Assembly: GCA_035340715.1 (NCBI GenBank)
Contig: DAOQTX010000001.1
Span: 7,894-71,893 of the forward strand
Direction of reading: 5' to 3'
DNA from: Bacteroidia bacterium
Lineage (GTDB): Bacteria > Bacteroidota > Bacteroidia > AKYH767-A > OLB10
DNA length: 64,000 nucleotides
In this document: positions 43,001 to 49,749 of the stretch, piece by piece
Numbering within the stretch: position 1 is the first letter of the stretch
How the letters are laid out: each line of letters starts with the position of its first letter
Translations under genes and position numbers: made by a program
Notes under the pieces: generated by a model
The model's input: only the letters and a program-made list of their open reading frames with translations
Databases searched by the model: none
Told to the model about the DNA's origin: nothing

Positions 43001-46000
43001 TGCACCGTTAAATATTTGTCCGGTAACTAAGCCCGGATCTTGCCCGCCACCTATCGTAACCACACTGCTCTTAGAGGCCACAGCATTTAATTGCAATCCA
43101 TTACCGATACAAACGGTATCTACCAATGGAATATCTATGCTAACTAAAGGAGCAGGATTTACCGTAATGGTAACTGAAGCGGTATCAATGCAACCACCAC
43201 CACTAGCTGTAACAATATAGGTAGTCGTAACGGTTGGGGTAGCAGTAACGCTGGCACCACTGGTAGCACTTAAGCCTGCAGCTGGTGACCATGAGAAGCT
43301 GGTCCATGAAGGATCGCCACCGGCAGTCAATACCACGTTTGCCTGATCGCAAGCCGAAGTTGAACCGCTAGGGGTAATGCTCAATGGAGGTGCAGGATCT
43401 ACCTGATAATTAGCTATACATGCTTGAGAGAAACATCCATAAGAAACATTCCAATTATAGAATAATCCGAATGTAGTACTACCAAAAATTGTAGGAGCAG
43501 CAGGAGGAATATGAGATCCATATCCGTTAATCAATATCTGGAAAGGAATCTGATAAGGAGCACCGGCTGCTACGGTACCATTTTGATGTACCAATAAGTT
43601 AGGGCTGGTAACAATACGCATACGGTATTGATTTCCTTTAGGTACAAACCAGTTTAAGTTAACGGTTTGCACGTTGAAAGGAGGATTCACTGAAGTGTTG
43701 GTAACGGTAGTAACACCACTCACCAATCCACCTAAATTATTTCCGGCACTGTCTTGTAATTGTATAGCATAAGGTGAACCAATAGGTCCGTTAGGGATAA
43801 TATCAACCGTGTTGATACGAAGACCATTATCGGATAATACCGAGAATACCATATACTGCTGTGTAGTTGGGAAATAACCCACACCGGCTGTTGGGTTCGA
43901 TACCGGATCGTAACCAATTTGAGCAGGTGTAGCACCCGGATCTTCAACCACGTAGGCTGACCCACTGCTGAATACATAAGGACTATAGTTATTACCCGTA
44001 GCAACCACAGGACCACCAATAGTATCGGTCCATAACAGAGTACCACCCGAACCAACAGCACTTAAATTAACCGTACCCTGACCACAAATGGTATCGCCTA
44101 AACAAGCAGGCGCTGCAGGGGTTGGCAATGCCGTAACCAAGATTGAGTCTTGAGAAGTACAACCATTGTTATCGGCTGTAACTACATAATACGTATTTCC
44201 TGAAGGAGGCGTAGCTTGTACGTTTGCTCCGGTAGCAGGGTTGGTAGCTGGCGACCATGAATAAGTGATTGTGCCAGACCCTGAAGGAGTTCCCGGGAAT
44301 ACTACGTTATTAAAATTACAAGTAGCAGCTCCAAATAAATTATCGGAACTGGTCATTGTAAATCCAAATACATCGCCATTGCTTACTGCAATTGAAGCTG
44401 AACTGCTTTGAACCAAACCACCTCCGGTATTATATCCGGGTACATTTGTACGTATTCCATTTAAGTAATATTGAGGAAAATCGAAATTAGCCCCATCAAC
44501 AGTTGAATATTGCCAATCGAAGGTAACAAAACCATTTGCATTGATCACATGAATTACATCAATACTTGTATTACCTGTTCCACCATCACTTGAATTCATA
44601 TTCAAATCAGATGAGGTATGAAAGTTAATAGTTCCTAAATCACCGCTCGTATGTTGTTCTGTCCATGATACTGGTACATAAGTGCCTGTGAATCCATTGG
44701 TAGGAGGTGTACCACCCGATAAAATAGCAGAAGCACTCAGATTAATAACTGTATTTTCACAGAACACAGATTGATCTGCCGTTACAGAAGTAATTATAGG
44801 AGTACTACCAACATTGATCACAACGGTATCGGTATTCACACAACCGGTGCTTGTATCGGTACCGGTTAAAATATAGGTTGTGGTTACCGAAGGAGTTGCA
44901 ATTACAGGTGTTCCTGAAGTTGCACTCAAACCTGCGGCAGGGGCCCAGCTATATTGATAGTTGGGGTCGTTCGTACTGCTTGCACTTAAAGTAGCTGAAC
45001 CTATACCATCGCACAATTGCGTAGTGCTGGCACTTATATTTACATCATCTGCAATGCCCGGTATTACTGTTACCGCTAAGCGGTTAAGTGAAGAACATCC
45101 CGAACCCGGGTCCACTTCTTGAGCATACCAGGTTTGTGTTCCGCAAGCATAAGGAGTTACTAAAGGAGAACCGGTACCTATTAAGTTACCACCTGTTGGG
45201 GCATCGTACCATTCTAAATTACCACCATTAACAGGTGTAGCATAAATATTGGCTTGTCCACAACCACAAAATACATTCGTAACGCTATCCAATGTTGGTG
45301 TAGGCAATGCAGGAATAACATTAACTATGGTAGTATCCGAAGCCGAACATCCATTCAAATCGGTTACGGTTAAGGTATAAATAGTAGTGGTTGTTGGAGA
45401 AGCAACCGGATCGGCAATGGCATTGTTGTTTAACGATGCCGCAGGTTGCCAATCGAATGTTAAGTTTGGATCTCCGAATGAATAATCTACTTTTCCATAA
45501 AAGTTTCGATTTGCAATACTGGATGTTAATGTTCCACCCCATCCTGAATACATTGTTATAGTACCATCACTTCCTAAATTAGTTGCACAACCTGAACCGG
45601 TTAAATAAGCAACGCTTTGTCCACCTAATGCAAAAGAATAGGTAGCTCCCGGAGGAATGGTTACATTCAAATCAACAGGTATTAAAGTGTAATTAATTAC
45701 TGAAGGTGGAGTACTTGTACCACCAGAAACACAAGCAATATTCGAAGCAATAAGCGTCCAATTTGCATCTGTTGACACATTGGTTGGATAAGAACAGGCC
45801 ATTGAAGAAGTTCTCAAATAAACCGACTCTGTTAAATTAGTACCTAAAGTAGCAGTACTATTAAAGTATAAATAGTTTATAGTAATAGGGAAGGCAGAAT
45901 TATTCTGTATTTCAAAACCAACAGCGGCAGAACTATTAGTTGTTCCTACAGGAGTGGCATTAAAGGTTCCACTGATAAAGTTATTCGCATGTAGTGTAGT

Positions 46001-49000
46001 GCTCGATCCTTCGCAAATGGTATTGGCATCAGCCGTAGGGAAGATGGTTGGCAAAGGATTTACCACCACTACTGCTTCGGTTCTAACGCTCGGACAAACG
46101 CCATTGTCGTCTTCGGCCCAATAGCTGGTAGTAACTACCGGAGTTGGGTTAAAGGTAGCGCCTGTAAAGAGCAAGGTGCCACCAAATTCTGAATCGTACC
46201 ACTTAATTGTACTCGAACCGGTAGCGGTAATGCTGGCTGTTTCACCAACACAAATCGTATCATTAGTAACGCCAGGTGCGTTGTTGGCTACACCGGGAGA
46301 GGTTACGGTTACACTTCCTGTTGTGGTACAACCAGTACTTTGATCGGTAACGGTAACCGTATAGGTTTGTGTACCGCTTACGATAAAGGTAATGTCTTGT
46401 GTAGTATCACCGGTTGACCAACTGTAGCTTAAGTTACATGGAGGCTGAGTAAACGTTGTGTTGAGTGTTCCAATGCTGGAAGCATTTGGACCGGCTGCGT
46501 GAACCACCCAATCAGATGCATTATTATTATCGGTAGCTGCAATACGGCTAACTCCGGATGAGGAAGTGCCAATGGCACCGGACCAATCTGATGCTGTTAC
46601 CGCAGGAGCACCGGTTCCTACCACATTAAAGCCATTCAATGCTACAACATCTTTAATGGTATTGTTTTGATCATATAATATATAACCATTTTGAACGGTT
46701 GAACTTGTAGTAGGTAAAGTAGAGGCAAAATATACTCCCGGTATATTTGGACTGCCTGCACCCCTTGATATTACAAATACGGCTCCGGCAGGAATTATGT
46801 TTCCGGCAGGAATAACCTGATTGCCTACGGCAGAACCTGTTACTTCAAGTCTCCATCCCGAAATATCAACCGGAACAGGGCTTATATTGGTTAATTCAAT
46901 CCAGTCATCCCCAGGTTCAAATGGTGAGGGAGGCCCTTGTCCGGTACCGGCTTCAAACTGCTGAACCTCTGAAATGACCACCAAACCACAAGCATCAATG
47001 AAGCCTTGCGATTCAAGAGTCAATGAGTTATTTGAACATAAGGTTGTATCGTCAGATACAGTCAAGACCGGTGCAGGAGTTACCACCACAATCACTTCGG
47101 TACGTACCGAAGGACAAATGCCATTAAAATCATCAACATAGAAAGTGTCGGTAACCAATGGTGTTGGGTTAAAAGTTGGGCCTGTGGCCAATTGTGTTCC
47201 ACCTACAGGGGCATCCCACCAACGTAAAGTTCCGGGTCCGCTGGCTGTTAAATTGGCAGTTTCGCCCTGGCATAATGAATCGCCAGGAGCGGTAGGTGGA
47301 GGGTTACCTGCCCCTAAGTTATTTATACCAACTGTATCCGTAGCCGAACATCCTGTAACGCCATCGGTAACTGTTACGGTATAAGTCGTAAAGCCGATTG
47401 GAGGAGTTGCGGTAGGATTAGAGATATTAGTAGCACTTAATGCCGGTCCGCTCCAAGAAAATGTTGGAGGTGAGGCAGCATCAAATCTCCAAGCTTCAGG
47501 ATATGTTACTGCACCCCAATTTCCCACAGATCTACCCGGAGGTGAACCACCAACAGTACCTGTGGCATTTTCAGAACCTAATGCGGTTGTATTTGAACCT
47601 TGCGTATTATTGGTTAAGTGAATTTCAAAACGACTATTTCCATTGTTTTCATGCAATTGCAATTGAGTAGAAATTCCGGGAGTTGCAGAAAAATAATTAA
47701 CGTTATCAAAGTTAACAACATATATCCTGAATGGAGCAGTGCCTACCGTATAAGCAGTTACTTGCCCGGCAGTTGGATTTAGATCCTCCCAACCAAATGC
47801 GATACAATTGTTTGGGTTGGTTGCTGTTGGGAACAAAGTAGGTACTCTACTTTCAACCGCGGTAGCCAAATTGGTTGCAAACTCTACATATCCATTTGAA
47901 TTAATGTATAAAACGGTTTGAGGAACTCCATAAAAAGTAAAAGTAAAAGGTAAAGTTTGTGGTCCGGAATACACATCATCACCTGTAACTGGGCTTAAAG
48001 CACCCCCAGGAACCGGTATTACGTTAGGTGTAATTGAAGTTATATTGTAACCCACCGTTTGACCTGAAATATTAGTATTTAACTGAACCGTTTCTCCATC
48101 GCAAATGGTATAAAAAGGTGATGCAGTTGCATCAACTTGTATTTGAGTATTAATAGGTGAAGCCAATAGGTCGTTACCTGCAAATCCGTCTCCTGCAATA
48201 CTCACATTGAATGAGAAAGTATAGGTACCGGCAGCAGTCATATCGTAATTTGTACTAAAGGTTATCACTTGTGTAGCCAAACTGGCCAAGGTACCACTGT
48301 TTAACACTACCGCTGGGAATGAAGTTGGGTTTGGCCCGGTAACACTACAGGTAATGGTAGCATTGTTTACTGAAAAATCTATGGTAGAAGTACCCAATTG
48401 TTGTAAAGTAGCCGAAACGGTTTGATTGGCACCATTACAAACAGGGTTTATTGGGGCTGCCTGATTGACCATAGCCAAATCAACAGGCGTAGCAGGCAAG
48501 AACTCCATTTGAACGTTTATACGATTACTATTTCTTGAAAATGTTGCCGGCATTGTAGATCCACCGGTAGAACCTGCTGCATTAGTAGTAGAAGTATACC
48601 TCCAAGCTGGGATTGTTCCTGATCCTGTGAAAGTAGGTCTCTGATTTTCTACTAAAATCATTATGTTGCCTCCTCCCCATATATAATTTGAAATATCAAA
48701 CTCTTTCCATCCAGAGCCTCCTGATATGGCAGTTGCATTGTCATAAACCAATGTTGCACCTGCAATTTCAGTCGCCCAGGTAATAGTAGTGGTTGGAAAC
48801 TGTGTTGTTGCACCAACTTCTTTGATATATACTCTGGACATAATGGTGGTAACTCCAGCAAATCCGGCTGTATTCTGAAACCATCTCAATTTATCAATTG
48901 ATGATCCGGCAAATACTCCTTGAGCATTTATTTCGGAAGCAGTATATATTGCTCCTCCTCGATGAAATGCAAATGTACTTGTCCAAGCTGACCAATAAAC

Positions 49001-49195
49001 TGGTGCACCTACTGTTGTAGATAATGTGCTTGTTCCAGTACCAAGTGTTACAAGTTGTGCCTGAGCCTGTGGCGTTTGCCAAAGACTAAAAGCCGTCATT
49101 AAAACGGCTGTCATTAAACAAACACTCCAGTTTTTAAGCGATGTTCGGTTGTTGTAGAAATTACCCATGGCTATAGAGATTTTAATATTTTTCAA
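31037..49195 (-). CDS. Giant (6052 aa) SprB-like cell-surface adhesin. Signal peptide, two lamin-tail domains, Ig-like/unknown beta modules, about 32-35 tandem SprB repeats and a T9SS C-terminal sorting domain.
   Basis: Single uninterrupted 18,159-nt ORF. N-terminal signal peptide (LMTAVLMTAFSLWQTPQAQA). SprB-repeat consensus CxGxxDGxIxxxxxGGxxPYxYxWSNGxTT...AGxYxVTVTDANGC repeated about 35 times. Two LTD-like segments (DWIELTNISPVPVDISGWRL, IEIQNVSGSAVDVTGWRL). The C-terminal about 80 aa match the Por_Secre_tail CTD (KAFPNPTDGSLSLQF...GVYMIQLNVDGDSEIVRIVLQ). Alternative start at the Met 9 codons downstream (MGNFYNN). Confidence 0.85.
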   Translation of the reverse strand: MKNIKISIAMGNFYNNRTSLKNWSVCLMTAVLMTAFSLWQTPQAQAQLVTLGTGTSTLSTTVGAPVYWSAWTSTFAFHRGGAIYTASEINAQGVFAGSSIDKLRWFQNTAGFAGVTTIMSRVYIKEVGATTQFPTTTITWATEIAGATLVYDNATAISGGSGWKEFDISNYIWGGGNIMILVENQRPTFTGSGTIPAWRYTSTTNAAGSTGGSTMPATFSRNSNRINVQMEFLPATPVDLAMVNQAAPINPVCNGANQTVSATLQQLGTSTIDFSVNNATITCSVTGPNPTSFPAVVLNSGTLASLATQVITFSTNYDMTAAGTYTFSFNVSIAGDGFAGNDLLASPINTQIQVDATASPFYTICDGETVQLNTNISGQTVGYNITSITPNVIPVPGGALSPVTGDDVYSGPQTLPFTFTFYGVPQTVLYINSNGYVEFATNLATAVESRVPTLFPTATNPNNCIAFGWEDLNPTAGQVTAYTVGTAPFRIYVVNFDNVNYFSATPGISTQLQLHENNGNSRFEIHLTNNTQGSNTTALGSENATGTVGGSPPGRSVGNWGAVTYPEAWRFDAASPPTFSWSGPALSATNISNPTATPPIGFTTYTVTVTDGVTGCSATDTVGINNLGAGNPPPTAPGDSLCQGETANLTASGPGTLRWWDAPVGGTQLATGPTFNPTPLVTDTFYVDDFNGICPSVRTEVIVVVTPAPVLTVSDDTTLCSNNSLTLESQGFIDACGLVVISEVQQFEAGTGQGPPSPFEPGDDWIELTNISPVPVDISGWRLEVTGSAVGNQVIPAGNIIPAGAVFVISRGAGSPNIPGVYFASTLPTTSSTVQNGYILYDQNNTIKDVVALNGFNVVGTGAPAVTASDWSGAIGTSSSGVSRIAATDNNNASDWVVHAAGPNASSIGTLNTTFTQPPCNLSYSWSTGDTTQDITFIVSGTQTYTVTVTDQSTGCTTTGSVTVTSPGVANNAPGVTNDTICVGETASITATGSSTIKWYDSEFGGTLLFTGATFNPTPVVTTSYWAEDDNGVCPSVRTEAVVVVNPLPTIFPTADANTICEGSSTTLHANNFISGTFNATPVGTTNSSAAVGFEIQNNSAFPITINYLYFNSTATLGTNLTESVYLRTSSMACSYPTNVSTDANWTLIASNIACVSGGTSTPPSVINYTLIPVDLNVTIPPGATYSFALGGQSVAYLTGSGCATNLGSDGTITMYSGWGGTLTSSIANRNFYGKVDYSFGDPNLTFDWQPAASLNNNAIADPVASPTTTTIYTLTVTDLNGCSASDTTIVNVIPALPTPTLDSVTNVFCGCGQANIYATPVNGGNLEWYDAPTGGNLIGTGSPLVTPYACGTQTWYAQEVDPGSGCSSLNRLAVTVIPGIADDVNISASTTQLCDGIGSATLSASSTNDPNYQYSWAPAAGLSATSGTPVIATPSVTTTYILTGTDTSTGCVNTDTVVINVGSTPIITSVTADQSVFCENTVINLSASAILSGGTPPTNGFTGTYVPVSWTEQHTSGDLGTINFHTSSDLNMNSSDGGTGNTSIDVIHVINANGFVTFDWQYSTVDGANFDFPQYYLNGIRTNVPGYNTGGGLVQSSSASIAVSNGDVFGFTMTSSDNLFGAATCNFNNVVFPGTPSGSGTITYSWSPATNPATGANVQATPPSGNTYYVVTADNNGCTSQDSILVTALPTPAAPACLGDTICGQGTVNLSAVGSGGTLLWTDTIGGPVVATGNNYSPYVFSSGSAYVVEDPGATPAQIGYDPVSNPTAGVGYFPTTQQYMVFSVLSDNGLRINTVDIIPNGPIGSPYAIQLQDSAGNNLGGLVSGVTTVTNTSVNPPFNVQTVNLNWFVPKGNQYRMRIVTSPNLLVHQNGTVAAGAPYQIPFQILINGYGSHIPPAAPTIFGSTTFGLFYNWNVSYGCFSQACIANYQVDPAPPLSITPSGSTSACDQANVVLTAGGDPSWTSFSWSPAAGLSATSGASVTATPTVTTTYIVTASGGGCIDTASVTITVNPAPLVSIDIPLVDTVCIGNGLQLNAVASKSSVVTIGGGQDPGLVTGQIFNGANLTQRSQILIRASELNAAGILGPGQISSLAFNVSNKLSTQPYTGFTISMAHASPNGCFAVTTYQTAGFTTVFTGNVSTVLGWNTMNFSTPFMWDGVSDVVINTCFANATTSFFDLVFMTATPACNTFRSDNADPCADLTGALQQFRPSMRLTGGAVTYSWSPAANLDNPNIANPTFTATTLGTENFFVTVTDPASGCTASSNVVVVVSTFPEAPAISFVGDSVLCYSGVTSFTSTATLGMLQWQISNDGINFSDISGADSSFYETDTLSSMTWYRLKAYCQDTVYSNILKVDISAPQILSSLGDTICGIGAVNLTATSNGFPIVWYDEASGGTPLAYGSPFNPIITGTDTFYVAAIDTLISGSGNQAGSSAILITEADLGGTDQIEIQNVSGSAVDVTGWRLAVSDSYTDINFVNATVQVLSGTIAPGQTMFWTDGVTNPWGSNLFWNPGSFPSFTGWAILMDNTGAIRDFVIWNWPSANIAGMSINIPGNPSNPVAPASAWTGNGIDATTANAGLSLSRNGTSDNNDLNDFAIQTTSINATNPGMTLPFAGSGGACESGRVMVVAVSTPADDITASAIDSDLCLGECTDLSANSLNTNYQYTWQPGNLIGQTVNVCPTQTTTYIVYGIDPTTPDSCQSSDTITVVVNALPSVTAINAVPAVVCAGDSIQLSASGTSPFGTTYQVSSVPFAPIAGVGTAVTLGDDQTSAALPIGFNFGFYGNSYSQFVIASNGFISFDLAAPNGCCTGGLLPGAGTPNNIITFPWEDFNPGAGGTIDYFTTGISPNQKLVVNFNAIPHFGGGGSPMTSQIVLSEGSNIIQVHITQMTTDGGNHTLGIENSNGTLAEVVPGRNANNSWSATNEGWQFAPSGVTYSWAPAGLFSNPNQQTANAVLNGPTTFVVTVTDNITGCTAQDSISVSPVAVPQPIISPDDTTVCTGGSVTLVASDPVNYPGGWPIGTLFDWGFGPSPDSTFTTVGVGLFQVTVYFPPNFGGCIATSGIANVNFIDAPVAVAIPTSALCAGDPSGSITGLAFLGVPPYRYQWYDNNNVLIRDTISFLGSDLITGLPTGNYCLVVTDKANTNSYPPPQCSSFPACAFVGEPLPVSATETHVDVVCYGDASGSIDITPSGGTPPYTYLWSNNATSEDLVNITAGTYTVTVTDANGCTYQTAVDILSNPQIVVGKTVVNVSCFGGGDGIASVAVSGGVGPYTYLWSNGATDEDADSLSSGIYCVTITDAVGCDTVVCFLIAEPAQMQVVATVVNPACHGTCNGSISLAVSGGTPYSSGSGYNFLWSNGATTSSASGLCAGTYTITVSDSLGCLHYVVAQVIQPDSLLQLQATLTNPSCFGGSNGSIVAIPQGGVAPYTYLWSNGQTTATATGLTAGTYVVTVTDANGCVKLGSYSLINPPAFTHTMSVVNASCNGACDGKLIVNISGGTPPYSYLWNTNPAQTTNVADNLCAGSYTLIVTDANGCTYQVNGTVTEPDAIALNEVVTDLVCNGANNGIIELYVTGGVAPYTYIWSNGNSTATNSGLSAGSYTVTVTDASGCVHTQTIIVSEPSAIVIAGTATNVSCNGGTNGSISVVVSGGVSPYLFDWNTGETTQSVAGLPAGVYTVTVTDDNGCSSSMSWTITEPTALSCICPSSVTNVSCAGGSDGSITAIPVGGTPPYSYLWSNGAQTSTVGGLSAGNYTVTITDANGCIHISVVTVTEPSPLAVFTIPNDVSCYGLSDGSIQALAIGGTPPYSYSWSTNPVQTTSTATGLAAGAYTVVVTDANGCTQAVTTTINEPAEIVINIVRKKNVSCYGGSDGIAKVKAVGGTSPFSYLWSTGATTQDIIGMPAGTYKVTVTDANGCTRSRNVTINSAPQMVALYIVTNVSCNGGSDGSIDLTVTGGTPHNQNGPYRYTWSNGATTEDLTGISAGVYTVAVKDRKKCIIYATIIVNEPPALNCSSSSTAASCSGGNDGSASVFPTGGVVPYSFLWSNGSTAITATNLAAGTYTVVVTDAKGCTSECAVTVSQSSSLSCSVNNQCFQPVSCFGANDGAACIDVNGGTGPYMYIWSTNPVQTTASATGLPAGTYTVIVVDANGCNTSCTVVIPEPPAINLSCSVDNNVSCNGGNDGQATAVATGGSGQLSYLWNTNPAQTTATAVGLSTGVWTVVVTDANGCTAVCDVTVTEPVAITATFSVVNTTCNGGNDGSATVFPVGGTGAYTYLWSDGQTTQTASGLVAGSYSVTVTDANNCSIVVSGIIVNQPNSIVIGALSTTSVSCTGGNNGTASVTTISGGTPPYTILWNTVPPQNTATATGLVAGMYTVTVTDAVGCSAQDSIEVTEPDSALVVTMINVVNIPCNGGLGSATALAEGGTAPYSYLWSNGQTTATATGLTAGVYVVTVTDANGCNEMANVVISQPGTLQVDIDPSVNPSCFGGNDGSALAVPVGGTQPYSYLWSDGQTTDLAVGLIAGVYTVTVTDAGGCTATEEVEIIDPSQIIANCSVLDHVSCNGYSDGKVTVSAVGGTGALSYLWSNGATTATANLVAAGVHTVTITDANGCSITCQVTVNEPAGMLLNISGSNVACNGGNSGSATVSVSGGTAPYMFLWNNLQNTPTATNLVAGVYTVIVQDFSGCTASASIVITEPSALVCVDSTVVAPTCFGSADGSGTTNVSGGTPYSVGAPYTYAWNTVPVQTTATATGLAAGTYYVTVTDSLGCSIVCCVKIGQPTQLNYGYTVTNVDCNGNLTGAIDLTVSGGVPSYSFVWSNGATTEDLSGVGAGTYSVTISDVNGCVVNASITVTEPAALLLSTVGIDASCGQDNGSATVTATGGVGPYTYLWSDGQFYATATGLAAGVYNVIVTDANGCVNADVVIIGQTGNLSCSISSTTNVTCNGYQDGSATVVVNGGTPPYSYNWNTAPFQSTATATGLGAGVYTVTITDASGCSTSCIAVINEPMPLALNINKVDNNCYGAATGHATANVSGGTQPYTYLWSNGQTTAMAGGLAAGTYFITVTDANGCSINGSVQITEPAPFTCNTSCTFAYCGQANGTATVNVFGGQAPYSYSWNTSPIQTNAIATDLAAGTYTVVVTDANGCTTMCTVVVNQPASLSAVLVPTHVSCNGAADGSLAVTNLSGGIMPYSFAWSNGQTTQNASGLAGGSYTVTITDSTGCTLELSGVVNEPAALSLAMSKTDVSCNGYSNGSAGVIVSGGTSPYSYSWSTGGNQNVISNLLAGWYYVTVSDANGCIAQDSIEVVEPAPMVVVDSILQVAGCGVANGSAQVSVSGGSGPYSYAWNTNPVQTTATATGLPAGANYVTVTDENGCVTVHCVIMPNNGNLALNIASPVYAGGYNIRCNGGTDGSVNLTVVSGSGTYTYLWSNGATTEDITGLTAGTYTVTVDDGTCIAAAQITLTEPDAIALSVTKTDISCFGGNNGNATVHVSGGVAPYSYNWSTAPIQTTQTATGLTAGIYTVTVGDANGCTASMLVIISQPATPLSISGTGTNVDCNGGNTGTIDIVISGGTTPYSFVWDDGATTEDRSDLVAGPYTINVIDGKGCAAYLCVVITEPNQLVCSVAENNISCNGANDGTASVSASGGTAPYSYAWSNGSTMSSVSGLSGGTYTVIVTDANGCSTQCSASISNPAALSISTSQTNVSFPGGSDGSATATVGGGTPPYSYSWNTVPAQTTASASGLYASTYTVVVTDANNCTVAATVVITEPAYSCIGFRTETTAGWNVAPNGSNAGTYLANNFNAVFPGPAYLTLGGTSYCAGGKSLQLTNVTAVKLFLPSTGSPASLTANLVNPTFSTYSNTFAAELVALTLNVKFDQYDPNFAPTSTVSLGNMIYANAPFSGMTVNQILAEANKKLAGCSSPYSATALSNAVALINQSWSGGVQQNSVLTCPAAPPRVAHGLGDGMAVKAFPNPTDGSLSLQFNAEYGAQYTMHMMDMTGKMVYSHSGIADGGLNQINYDFSTLRKGVYMIQLNVDGDSEIVRIVLQ
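31871..39973 (-). repeat. Tandem coding repeat array of about 32-35 SprB repeats, about 77-85 aa (about 240 bp) each. Includes near-identical DNA segments.
   Basis: Recurrent protein motif PYxYxW(S/N)(N/T)(G/N). Recurrent nucleotide strings on the plus strand, e.g. CCATTGCTCCA(C/T)AAGTAAGTATATGG at about 34040, 35660, 35890, 38890 and 39350. Boundaries estimated from residue counting, +/- 100 nt. Confidence 0.7.
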
Positions 49196-49233
49196 AATTT
49201 ATGTTTTAAGGTTTTCGTTTTCTTTCGGTTAAA

Positions 49234-49749
49234 TTATTTGCTGAGTTTGTATTCGGTAGCGGTAACGGTATCGTTAAAACCATCGCGGTTATAATCCACC
49301 CATATTTTCATTTCAGTTAAACCGGCATCGGTAAATTGCACTTTAGCAATATATGATTGCTTAGCAAGTGTAATTGGATTTTGATTTAGCTGCATGTTGT
49401 TTGTAGAACTACCGGCAAACTCTGCATACAAAACCGGAAGATTGGAAGAATTATTAATGTTCGTATAAACTACTATATAGAAAAAATCATCTTCTCCGTT
49501 CTCAGAACCATTATCCAATGCATTTGATGTATATCTTTCAATAGGAACGTATCCTATCAATGTTTGACTTACATTATTCAGCTTCATCGTCATACCACGA
49601 TCGGGATAAGGACTAAAAGTAAACTCTATAGGAGTTCCTTTGATATCGCCTGTCCAGGTGCCTTCCATGTCGGATACACTTTGTGCGGTTGAAACTTGAC
49701 TGATGGCCATAAAGCCTGAAACAAGCAACAGAATGAATAGCTTTTTCAT
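49234..49749 (-). CDS. Small secreted beta-rich protein (171 aa) encoded 38 nt upstream of the giant adhesin gene, probably co-transcribed with it
   Basis: Signal peptide (MKKLFILLLVSGFMAISQVSTAQS). The ORF track extends to an upstream ATG at 49977, which adds a second hydrophobic segment; that start is uncertain. Confidence 0.45.
   Translation of the reverse strand: MKKLFILLLVSGFMAISQVSTAQSVSDMEGTWTGDIKGTPIEFTFSPYPDRGMTMKLNNVSQTLIGYVPIERYTSNALDNGSENGEDDFFYIVVYTNINNSSNLPVLYAEFAGSSTNNMQLNQNPITLAKQSYIAKVQFTDAGLTEMKIWVDYNRDGFNDTVTATEYKLSK

Noticed and set aside
31602-47670. Fourteen short ORFs from the six-frame track lying inside the giant gene on either strand (e.g. 31602..31796 +, 33716..34153 +, 43732..44061 -, 45321..45542 -, 47145..47384 +)
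   Set aside because: All lie inside the continuous 18-kb adhesin ORF. Their products are low-complexity echoes of the Gly/Thr/Ser/Pro-rich coding strand with no motifs, as expected by chance in GC-enriched repetitive coding DNA.
31037-49195. Higher G+C of the adhesin gene relative to flanks, considered as a horizontally acquired island
   Set aside because: The composition shift is explained by amino-acid bias (Gly, Thr, Ala, Pro, Ser codons). There are no flanking tRNA, integrase, transposase or direct repeats.
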